64,000 nt of DNA, taken from assembly GCA_963753495.1 (NCBI GenBank), contig CAVWCO010000022.1:214436-278435 (forward strand), read 5' to 3'. Below the pieces are notes generated by a model that did no database searches, was not told where the DNA came from, and was given only the letters and a program-made list of their open reading frames with translations. A program made the translations under genes and the position numbers. Shown in pieces: positions 28,844 to 38,070 of the stretch; position 1 is the first letter of the stretch; each line of letters begins with the position of its first letter. This stretch comes from an uncultured Bacteroidales bacterium (GTDB taxonomy: Bacteria; Bacteroidota; Bacteroidia; Bacteroidales; VadinHA17).

Positions 28844-31800
28844 ATGATAGATGATATAAAAAAAGTGATCATCCTCGGATCGGGAGCACTTAAGATCGGA
28901 GAGGCAGGTGAATTTGATTATTCAGGTTCGCAGGCGTTGAAAGCATTAAAAGAGGAAGGGATAAAGACAGTGCTGATCAATCCCAACATCGCTACTGTTC
29001 AGACATCAGAAGAGCTTGCCGATAAGATATACTTCCTTCCCGTAACTCCGTATTTCGTTGAAAAGGTAATTAAAAAGGAAGGCCCTGATGGCATTCTGTT
29101 GTCATTTGGCGGACAGACTGCTTTGAACTGCGGGACTGAATTGTTCAGGAATGGGATCTTCAAAAAGTACAATGTTAAAGTTCTCGGAACTCCTGTTGAG
29201 GCAATAATTGATACTGAAGACCGCGAGCTTTTTGTCAGGAAGCTTGAAGAGATTGCTGTTAAAACACCAAGAAGCATTGCAGTTCATGAAGTTGAAGAGG
29301 CTGTTACTGCTGCCGGAAAGCTCGGATTTCCTGTTATCATCAGAGCTGCCTATACCCTGGGAGGACAGGGAAGCGGTTTTGCTGCCACCATTGAAGAACT
29401 GAGGACACTTGCACTGAAAGCATTCTCATATACAAACCAGATACTGGTTGAGGAATCGCTGAAGGGATGGAAAGAGGTTGAATATGAAGTAGTAAGGGAC
29501 AAATACGACAACTGCATAACTGTATGCAACATGGAGAACTTCGATCCACTCGGCATTCATACAGGAGAAAGCATTGTTGTTGCTCCTTCTCAAACACTTA
29601 CAAACAGCGAATATCATAAACTCAGGGAGCTTTCAATAAGGATTATCAGGCATATAGGAATTGTTGGGGAATGCAATGTCCAGTATGCACTTTCTCCTGA
29701 ATCAGAAGACTACAGGGTCATCGAGGTTAACGCCCGGCTTTCGCGTTCAAGCGCCCTGGCATCGAAGGCGACAGGTTATCCGCTTGCTTTTGTGGCAGCT
29801 AAGCTTGGCTTAGGCTACGGACTTCATCAGCTGAAAAATTCTGTCACAAAGACAACAACAGCCTGCTTTGAGCCTGCCCTCGATTACATTGTCTGCAAGA
29901 TCCCACGATGGGATCTTAATAAATTCAAAGGAGTATCTCACCTGATTGGAAGCAGTATGAAAAGCGTGGGAGAGGTAATGGCAATCGGAAGATCATTCGA
30001 GGAAGTAATCCAGAAAGCGCTCAGAATGATAGGACAGGGTATGCATGGATTCACAGGTAATCTGAAACTCGATTTCAGGGATATAGAAAACGAGCTTGCT
30101 GAACCGACCGATATGAGAATTTTTGTCATAGCCGAGGCACTTGAAAAAGGCATTCCGGTTGACAGGATTCATGAACTGACAAAAATTGACAAATGGTTCC
30201 TTTTCAAGCTGAAACACATAATCAATATTAAGAACAATCTGTGTGAACATAATACTCTTGAGTCGGTTCCTGAAGAACTGCTCTCCCAATCCAAGATCTA
30301 TGGATTCAGCGACTTTCAGATAGCCCGCCACGTTCTTAATTCAGGTCCTTCAAAAATAAATCAGGATATGCTTAAGATAAGGGAACTGAGGAAGAGTATG
30401 GGGATAGTTCCTTATGTAAAGCAGATTGATACCCTTGCAGCTGAATATCCAGCCGTTACAAATTATCTTTATCTTACCTACAGCGGCTCCGAACATGATA
30501 TTTCCTTTAATGATGACAATAAATCAATAATTGTTCTCGGATCAGGAGCCTACAGGATAGGATCAAGCGTTGAATTTGACTGGTGTTCGGTAAATGCCAT
30601 CGATACAATTAAGAAAGAAGGATTGAGATCGGTAATGATCAATTACAATCCCGAAACAGTGAGTACAGATTATGATATCTGCGACAGACTTTACTTTGAT
30701 GAACTTACTTTTGAAAGAGTTTTGGATATCATAGAACTCGAGAAGCCCGGGGGAGTTATAGTATCTGTCGGTGGACAGATACCAAATAATCTTGCCATGC
30801 GACTCTACGAAAATAAAGTACCGGTTCTTGGTACATCCCCGCTTTCTATCGACAAAGCCGAAAACAGGCATAAGTTTTCACAAATGTGCGATGCGCTTTC
30901 AATTGATCAGCCAAGATGGCAGGAACTGTCGTCAACAGGTGATATTCTTGAATTTGTAGAACAGATTGGATTTCCTGTACTTATCAGACCTTCGTATGTT
31001 CTGTCGGGGGCAGCTATGAATGTGGTTTCAAACAGGAATGAGTTATCGCATTATCTTGATCTTGCAGTCCAGGTCTCAAAACAATATCCTGTTGTTGTTT
31101 CGGAATTTATTGAGAATGCCAAGGAGATTGAGATAGATGCAGTTGCGCGGGAAGGGGAAATAATTGCATATGCAATCAGCGAACACGTTGAGTTTGCAGG
31201 TGTTCATTCAGGGGACGCCACAATGGTATTTCCGGCACAAAAGATCTATTTTGAGACAGCCCGCCGGATAAAACGGATTTCAAGGCAGATTTCAAAAGAG
31301 CTGAATATAACCGGTCCTTTTAATATCCAGTTCCTTGCCAAAGACAATGATATTAAAGTTATTGAATGTAACCTCAGGGCAAGCAGGAGCATGCCTTTTG
31401 TCTCAAAAGTCCTCAAAACGAATCTTATTGAACTGGCGACTAAAGTGATGCTCGATATACCGGTTGAAAAACCTCATAAATCAATTTTTGAGCTCGATTA
31501 TGTCGGCGTCAAGGCTCCGCAGTTCAGCTTTTCGCGGCTGGCAAAAGCCGATCCTGTTCTTGGTGTCGATATGGCTTCGACCGGTGAGGTCGGATGCATC
31601 GGTGAAGGATTTTACGAAGCAATACTTAAAGCCATGTTTTCAGTTGGCTACAGGGTGCCAAAAAAGAGTATTCTGCTTTCAACAGGCCCGGCCCGTTCAA
31701 AGGTTGAATTGCTGAACAGCGCAAGGGCTCTGCGTGAAAAAGGACATAAGATCTATGCAACAAGGGGAACCTGTCAGTTTCTTCAGAATGCAGGTGTTGA

Positions 31801-32065
31801 GGCTCATGTCGCATACTGGCCTGATGAGAACAAATCGCCCAATACAGTGGAGCTTATCAAAACACGCGAAGTGGATCTTGTGGTAAACATTCCGAAAGAT
31901 CTCACCGCTACGGAGCTGAATAACGATTACACAATCCGGAGAAGTGCAGTCGATTTTAATGTCCCCCTTTTAACGAATGCCCGACTTGCCAGTGCTTTTA
32001 TACTTGCTTTTTGCAGGATGAAAATGGATGACCTGGCTATAAAGAGCTGGGATGAGTACAAATAA
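28844..32065 (+). CDS. carB: Carbamoyl-phosphate synthase large subunit
   Basis: 1073 aa. Duplicated ATP-grasp halves (IIRAAYTLGGQGSGF / LIRPSYVLSGAAM) and a C-terminal MGS-like domain. Confidence 0.95.
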   Translation: MIDDIKKVIILGSGALKIGEAGEFDYSGSQALKALKEEGIKTVLINPNIATVQTSEELADKIYFLPVTPYFVEKVIKKEGPDGILLSFGGQTALNCGTELFRNGIFKKYNVKVLGTPVEAIIDTEDRELFVRKLEEIAVKTPRSIAVHEVEEAVTAAGKLGFPVIIRAAYTLGGQGSGFAATIEELRTLALKAFSYTNQILVEESLKGWKEVEYEVVRDKYDNCITVCNMENFDPLGIHTGESIVVAPSQTLTNSEYHKLRELSIRIIRHIGIVGECNVQYALSPESEDYRVIEVNARLSRSSALASKATGYPLAFVAAKLGLGYGLHQLKNSVTKTTTACFEPALDYIVCKIPRWDLNKFKGVSHLIGSSMKSVGEVMAIGRSFEEVIQKALRMIGQGMHGFTGNLKLDFRDIENELAEPTDMRIFVIAEALEKGIPVDRIHELTKIDKWFLFKLKHIINIKNNLCEHNTLESVPEELLSQSKIYGFSDFQIARHVLNSGPSKINQDMLKIRELRKSMGIVPYVKQIDTLAAEYPAVTNYLYLTYSGSEHDISFNDDNKSIIVLGSGAYRIGSSVEFDWCSVNAIDTIKKEGLRSVMINYNPETVSTDYDICDRLYFDELTFERVLDIIELEKPGGVIVSVGGQIPNNLAMRLYENKVPVLGTSPLSIDKAENRHKFSQMCDALSIDQPRWQELSSTGDILEFVEQIGFPVLIRPSYVLSGAAMNVVSNRNELSHYLDLAVQVSKQYPVVVSEFIENAKEIEIDAVAREGEIIAYAISEHVEFAGVHSGDATMVFPAQKIYFETARRIKRISRQISKELNITGPFNIQFLAKDNDIKVIECNLRASRSMPFVSKVLKTNLIELATKVMLDIPVEKPHKSIFELDYVGVKAPQFSFSRLAKADPVLGVDMASTGEVGCIGEGFYEAILKAMFSVGYRVPKKSILLSTGPARSKVELLNSARALREKGHKIYATRGTCQFLQNAGVEAHVAYWPDENKSPNTVELIKTREVDLVVNIPKDLTATELNNDYTIRRSAVDFNVPLLTNARLASAFILAFCRMKMDDLAIKSWDEYK

Positions 32066-32096
32066 GGCGAAGGGCGACAGGCAGCAGGCAAAAGCT

Positions 32097-32137
32097 AACT
32101 CCGTGGAACTCTGTGCAAACTCCGTGATACTCCGTGG
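32097..32137. repeat. Four tandem ~10-nt ACTCYGTG units (CACRRAG family, reverse orientation) downstream of carB
   Basis: aactccgtgg aactctgtgc aaactccgtga tactccgtgg, followed by taaaaaa. Confidence 0.65.
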
Positions 32138-32153
32138 TAAAAAAGGATATAAA

Positions 32154-32273
32154 GAAATAGAGAAATAGAGAAATAGAGAAATAGGGAAATAGAGAAATAG
32201 GGAAATAGAGAAATAGGGAAATAGGGAAATAGGGAAATAGGGAAATAGGGAAATAGAGAAATAGGGAAATAAA
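32154..32273. repeat. 8-bp microsatellite GAAATAGR x14, plus one degenerate unit
   Basis: I counted the units by hand. The last base of each unit reads A A A G A G A G G G G G A G, then gaaataaa. The array ends 27 nt before the GNAT ATG. Confidence 0.95.
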
Positions 32274-32299
32274 TATATATTACAATAGGGAACTTAAAA

Positions 32300-32749
32300 A
32301 TGATACTAATCCGAAAAGCAGTTCCTGCTGATGCCCATCAAATAATTGATTTCCAACTTAATATGGCTTGGGAAACGGAAAACATTAAGCTTGTCCCCGA
32401 AGTTGTTACCAAAGGTGTGGACGCCGTATTCCACGACCAGTCGCGGGGTCAGTATTATGTTGCGGACGACGGGGGTACCATTGTCGCTTCACTTCTTATA
32501 ACCTATGAGTGGAGCGACTGGCGTAATCGCAATGTATGGTGGTTCCAGTCGGTTTATGTAGTACCTCAATACCGCAGGCAGGGCATCTTCAGGAAAATGT
32601 ACGGCTATATCAGGCAACTTGCCGAAGAGCAAGATATTGCCGGACTAAGACTCTATGTCGAGACCAGAAATACCAGGGCACAAAAAACATACGAAGCGCT
32701 TGGAATGAGCTCGGAACACTATTCTTTCTACGAATGGATGAGGAAATGA
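32300..32749 (+). CDS. GNAT-family N-acetyltransferase
   Basis: 149 aa. Acetyl-CoA binding motif VVPQYRRQGIFRKM (Q/RxxGxG/A-like). Confidence 0.8.
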   Translation: MILIRKAVPADAHQIIDFQLNMAWETENIKLVPEVVTKGVDAVFHDQSRGQYYVADDGGTIVASLLITYEWSDWRNRNVWWFQSVYVVPQYRRQGIFRKMYGYIRQLAEEQDIAGLRLYVETRNTRAQKTYEALGMSSEHYSFYEWMRK

Positions 32750-32752
32750 ATT

Positions 32753-33857
32753 ATGCAATGGCTTCTACTATTAATCCTGATACCATATATATATATCATT
32801 TTCAGAATCTCTGTCGCCCTTAAAAGTATTAAGCCTTTTTTGCCGGAAACAGAACCCGGAATTTTTGTATCAGTAATAGTCGCCTGCAGGAATGAAGAAA
32901 AGAACATTCCAATTCTTCTGGCTGATATCGCCTTACAGGATTACCCCTCCGACCTTTATGAGTTAACTGTTGTTGATGACAACTCCTCAGACTCTTCTTT
33001 TAAGGTTGCATCCGGATTCACCGGAATAAAAAACCTGAAAGTTCTGAAAAACTATGGCAGAGGAAAGAAGGGGGCCTTAAGAACAGGTATCGAATCATCG
33101 AATGGAAAGCTGATAATCACAACAGATGCTGATTGCAGGGTTGGGAAGAGCTGGATAAGGACTATAGCGTCGTTTCAGGCTCAGAATAACCCGGAAATGA
33201 TCATCTGTCCTGTAAGACTCGAAAGCGGAAAAGGATTTTTCAATGGATTCCAGGAGCTTGAGTTCCTCAGCCTGCAAGGCATTACAGCAGGTACAGCAGA
33301 ATCAGGCAATCCTGTGATGTGCAATGGGGCAAATCTTGCTTTCCTGAAAGAAAGTTATTCTGCGTATTCAGGTAATCTGCATGATGAGCTGGTATCGGGT
33401 GATGATGTCTTTCTTCTTCACAGTCTGAAGGGAGATCACCTGAACAAAATAGTGTGGATTGAATCAGCAGATGCTCTTGTTATCACAGGCTCTTCCGCGA
33501 CCATTGGCTCCTTTTTGCAGCAGAGGGCTCGCTGGATCTCAAAAACGGGATACTACAGCGACAAATACACCCGGATTCTGGCAATTGTAACATTTGTTAC
33601 AATTTGCCTTCAGGCATTCCTGACTGCTGCAGCATTTTTCAGTCCTGAGTTTTTTATGGTTTTCATGGCTGCAATGCTGATAAAATCTGTTCCCTGATCT
33701 TATGGTCCTGCATAATACAACAGTCCGTTACAAAAGAAAGAACCTTATGAAATGGTTCCTTCCTGCACAGTTAGCTTATCCGTTTTATGTTCTCGCGATT
33801 GCTTTTATATCAGTCAGAGGAAGTAGCAAAATATTCAGACTAGTTTCCCATTTCTGA
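32753..33857 (+). pseudogene. Family 2 glycosyltransferase; the C-terminal ~54 aa are displaced by a 1-nt frameshift (as assembled)
   Basis: ORF 32753..33697 (314 aa; VIVACRNEE, TDADC, QRARW motifs) stops early. The adjacent frame continues PDLMVLHNTTVRYKRKNLMKWFLPAQLAYPFYVLAIAF... to TGA 33855..33857, giving the usual membrane-anchored C-terminus. Confidence 0.7.
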
Positions 33858-36019
33858 AAGGAACTTGATCCTCATCAGCCTTATCTCTTCTTCCTCAAAC
33901 TCATTCCCGAGTTCGGCTATTGCCTCTTCAAGAGAATCTGATTCGGCTTCTTCCCTGAAATAGGAGTATATATCATGCTGGCGTTCCTCATCCATGACCA
34001 TATTGATATAATAATCGAGGTTGATCCTTGTCCCGGAATTGACTATGGCTTCGACCTCCGATATCAGTTCATTCATTTCAAGTCCTTTGGCTTCTGCTAT
34101 ATCCTCGAAGGGGCGTTTCATGTCAATGCTCTGGATAATATAGACTTTTATGCCTGATTTATTTACGACTGATTTGACGACCATATCGAGTGGCCGAATG
34201 ATCTCTTTCTCCTCGACATACCTCTTTATTATCTCAACAAATTCCTGACCGTACCGCTGAGCTTTTCCGGCGCCAACACCCGATATATTCTGAAGCTCAT
34301 CGATGGTTATGGGGTACTGGATTGCCATATCCTCCAGTGAAGGGTCCTGAAAGATCACAAAAGGAGGAACATCTTTCAGCTTTGAGATTTTCTTGCGCAG
34401 GTCCTTCAGGATGCTGAAAAGCTCTTCATCGACGGCGGCCGTCCTGGCTCCAAATGCATTTTCCTCATCGGTCGTATCGGCATAATCGTGATCCTCTGCA
34501 AGCATGAACGATGAAGGCTTCTCGAGAAACTCCATTCCTTTCTGGGTCAGTTTCAGTAAACCGTAATTCTCAATATCCTTAACAAGGAACTTTGCAATAA
34601 GTGCCTGCCTGATTACCATATTCCAGAATTTCTCATCCTTATCCTCACCTACACCGAAAAACTCAAGCTTGTGATGTTTATAGGACTTTATTGCTGAGGT
34701 AACCTTCCCGGCAAGAATGTTGGCCACATGATCCGCTTTGAATTTTTCCTTAACCGCCAGGATTGTTTCAAGAACATTCACAACTGCATCGCTTCCCTCA
34801 AATTGCGATTTTGGGTGAAGGCAATTGTCGCAGGCTTCGCAATTCTCTTTTGGATATTCTTCCCCAAAGTAGTGAAGAAGCAGTTTCCTGCGGCAAACAG
34901 ATGATTCCGCATATGATACAGTTTCAAGAAGCAGCTGTTTCCCGATCTCCTGTTCGGCGATAGGCTTACCCTGCATAAATTTTTCCAGCTTCATGATATC
35001 ATTATAGCTGTAGTATGCAATGCAGTTGCCTTCCCCCCGTCGCGGCCTGCCCTGCCCGTTTCCTGGTAATAACCTTCAAGGCTTTTGGGTATATCATAAT
35101 GGATGACGAACCTGACATCCGGTTTATCGATTCCCATACCAAAAGCTATGGTTGCCACAATAATATCAGCCTCTTCCATCAGGAATTTATCCTGGTTGGC
35201 TGTACGTGTGGCAGAATCCATTCCGGCGTGATATGGGAGAGCCTTGATTCCATTAACCTTAAGCGCCTCAGCTATTTCTTCAACCTTTTTCCTGCTCAGG
35301 CAATATATTATCCCCGATTTACCGGTGTTATTTTTTATATATTTAATGATCTCCTTTGTGACGTCCTGTTTCGATTTTACCTCATAATACAGGTTAGGCC
35401 GGTTAAATGAGGATTTAAAAACATCCGCATCGAGGATTCCAAGGTTCTTCTGGATATCATGCTGGACTTTCGGAGTGGCAGTTGCAGTAAGGGCAATAAT
35501 CGGTGAGCGTACTATAATATCTATAATAGGCCGGATCCTCCGGTACTCAGGACGGAAGTCATGTCCCCATTCAGATATGCAGTGAGCTTCGTCGATCGCA
35601 TAGAATGATATTTCAATATTCTTCAGAAAATCAATGTTTTCTTCCTTGGTCAGCGATTCCGGTGCAACATAAAGCAGCTTTGCCTTCCCCGATAAAACAT
35701 CTTTTTTGACCCTCGCGCTTTCGGTCTTTGTAAGCGATGAATTCAGAAAATGGGCAACATCGTCATCAGTGCTGAAATTACGCATTGCATCCACCTGGTT
35801 CTTCATGAGCGCAATCAGGGGTGATATGACAATGGCTGTGCCTTTTTTCATCACGGCAGGCAACTGGTAACACAACGATTTGCCACCGCCTGTCGGCATC
35901 AATACAAAAGTATCGCGGCCTTCAAGCACATTTTTAATTATGAGTTCCTGATTACCTTTGAATGTATTGAACCCGAAATATTTTTTTAAATAGTCATGTG
36001 TTGTTGCATCAGTCATCAT
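33840..36019 (-). pseudogene. recQ: ATP-dependent DNA helicase RecQ, split by a 1-nt frameshift (as assembled)
   Basis: ORF 34991..36019 carries the helicase core (PTGGGKSLCYQ, DEAHC, GRAGRDG). ORF 33840..34994 carries the Zn-binding/RQC and HRDC parts (CRRKLLLHYFGE, CDNC). The sum is about 726 aa, the normal RecQ length. Confidence 0.9.
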
Positions 36020-36233
36020 ATTCTTCCCGGCAATTATTTTATATCCGCAAAGTTCACGACTTTGTAGTTTATATAAAGTTAAAAAAATAATTAATCAAAT
36101 ACCAGATTTATTTCAATATTAAAAAAATTATTCACGATCGATTTTATGCCTGGCTGTAAATGGTGTTGTTTTGCAAAATAAGATTTATCATCTTTACAGG
36201 CTGAAATTAAAAAGTGAATCATTATAAGGAGCC

Positions 36234-37124
36234 ATGGCCACCAGTAAGAAAAAAGGTAATAGCGGTGAGGGAGAGATGTCATTTCTTGAACACCTGGAAG
36301 AATTAAGGTGGCATATAATCCGGTCAGTAATTGCCATCGTGGTCATGATGATTGTTGCATTTATCTTTAAAAATATACTTTTCGATAAAATCGTCCTGGC
36401 ACCAAAGAATCCGGATTTCGTTTCCAACAGGATGTTCTGTGAATTCGGGCATTATTTAGCAGGAGTATTTAATTTAAAAAATCCTGACATAATGTGCATA
36501 AATACAAACCCACCGAACCTGATAAGCATTAAAATGTCAGGACAGATCACCACTCACATAGTTGTTGCCCTGGTAGCAGGCCTTATTGCTGCATTTCCAG
36601 TTGTAATCCGCGAATTCTGGCTGTTTTTCAAACCTGCACTCCATTCGAATGAAGCAAAACATGCCAGGGGTGCTGTTCTTGCTTCATCTTTTCTTTTTTT
36701 CGTTGGCGTCCTTTTTGGATATTTCCTCCTTGCTCCACTTTCAATTCATTTTCTTAACACCTATCAGATAAGTCCCGACGTGGTTAACCAAATAAATGTC
36801 AGATCATTTATTGGTACTATAACATCAATCTGCCTTGCAACTGGAGTGGTATTTGAGCTTCCGATAGTTGCATATTTCCTTACTAAAATCGGGATCATCA
36901 CTCCCACGTTCATGAGAAAATACAGAAAGCATGCGATTGTTATTATTTTTATACTTGCTGCAATCATTACTCCACCTGATGTCTTTTCTCAGGCACTTGT
37001 AGCAATACCGCTTCTTATCCTTTACGAAATCAGTATCTTTATCTCTGCCGGGGTAATAAAGCGGAAAGAAAAGGAGCATGATGCATTCATGAATGATGAT
37101 GCTTCCGCCACTGCAAAAAGTTAA
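36234..37124 (+). CDS. tatC: Twin-arginine translocase subunit TatC
   Basis: 296 aa. MSFLEHLEELRWHIIRS N-terminal motif and six TM segments. The start may be the internal Met at codon 15. Confidence 0.85.
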   Translation: MATSKKKGNSGEGEMSFLEHLEELRWHIIRSVIAIVVMMIVAFIFKNILFDKIVLAPKNPDFVSNRMFCEFGHYLAGVFNLKNPDIMCINTNPPNLISIKMSGQITTHIVVALVAGLIAAFPVVIREFWLFFKPALHSNEAKHARGAVLASSFLFFVGVLFGYFLLAPLSIHFLNTYQISPDVVNQINVRSFIGTITSICLATGVVFELPIVAYFLTKIGIITPTFMRKYRKHAIVIIFILAAIITPPDVFSQALVAIPLLILYEISIFISAGVIKRKEKEHDAFMNDDASATAKS

Positions 37125-37132
37125 AGCAAAGG

Positions 37133-37857
37133 ATGAAATTATATACTGAAAATCTTGTCAAAAAATACCACAACAGAACTGTTGTCGACAATGTTTCCAT
37201 TGAAGTGGAACAGGGCGAGATTGTAGGATTGCTGGGGCCTAACGGAGCAGGAAAGACCACATCGTTTTATATGATCGTAGGGCTGATCAGGCCGCGTGAG
37301 GGAAAGATCTTCCTCGATAATGAAGATATTACTTTGCTGCCTGTATATAAACGGGCCAGGAAAGGCATCGGATATCTTGCCCAGGAGGCTTCGGTTTTCA
37401 GAAACCTCTCCGTTGAAGACAATATTAAAGCAGTGCTGGAGATGTCGGGATTCCCTAAAGAGGAGCAGGCTGAACGTCTTGAAACACTCCTTTCCGAGTT
37501 TGGGCTTCAGAAAATAAGGAAAAGCAAAGGTATACAGCTTTCAGGGGGGAAAGAAGACGTACTGAAATAGCCAGGGCACTGGCACTTAAACCAAATTTTA
37601 TCCTTCTCGACGAACCATTTGCAGGGGTTGATCCGATTGCAGTTGAAGATATACAGGAAATTGTGTCAAAACTTAAAACCAAAAATATCGGTATTCTTAT
37701 AACCGATCATAATGTCCATGAGACCCTTTCGATCACTGACCGGGCCTACCTTCTCTTCGAAGGCCGGATACTTATGTCAGGGACTGCATCACAACTTGCA
37801 GAAAATGAACATGTAAGAAATGTCTATCTCGGAAAGAACTTCGAACTTCGCAGGTAA
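37133..37857 (+). pseudogene. lptB: LPS export ABC transporter ATPase LptB, split by a 1-nt frameshift (as assembled)
   Basis: ORF 37133..37570 has Walker A GPNGAGKTT and ends at LSGG. The shifted frame continues [29 protein letters not shown]... into ORF 37663..37857. Confidence 0.9.
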
Positions 37858-37910
37858 CTGCCTCACTTTGTAATAATAATTATTTTCTATACTTTTGCGG
37901 GGATTTTTCC

Positions 37911-37993
37911 GCGGATGTGTCGTAATTGGTAGCCGAGCAAGACTTAGGATCTTGTGTCTTAATGACGTGGGGGTTCGAGTCCCTTCATCCGCA
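37911..37993 (+). tRNA. tRNA-Leu (anticodon UAG), class II with a long variable arm; CCA not encoded
   Basis: I folded it by hand. Acceptor stem gcggatg / catccgc. Three-bp D stem with GG in the loop. Anticodon stem caaga / tcttg with loop cTTAGga. Variable arm of 14 nt. T arm ggggg-ttcgagt-ccctt. Discriminator A. Confidence 0.9.
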
Positions 37994-38070
37994 CAATATT
38001 GCATACCGCCGGTAACTATCATTAAATATTGGTCTTGGCGGTTTTTTAAATACTCTTTAAACTGGGAATA

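Noticed and set aside
32154-32273. Possible CRISPR array, considered for this microsatellite and for the 43731..43812 array.
   Set aside because: The units are 8-11 bp and directly abutting, with no unique spacers. No cas genes or leader are present. These are microsatellite or phased-repeat structures, not CRISPR.
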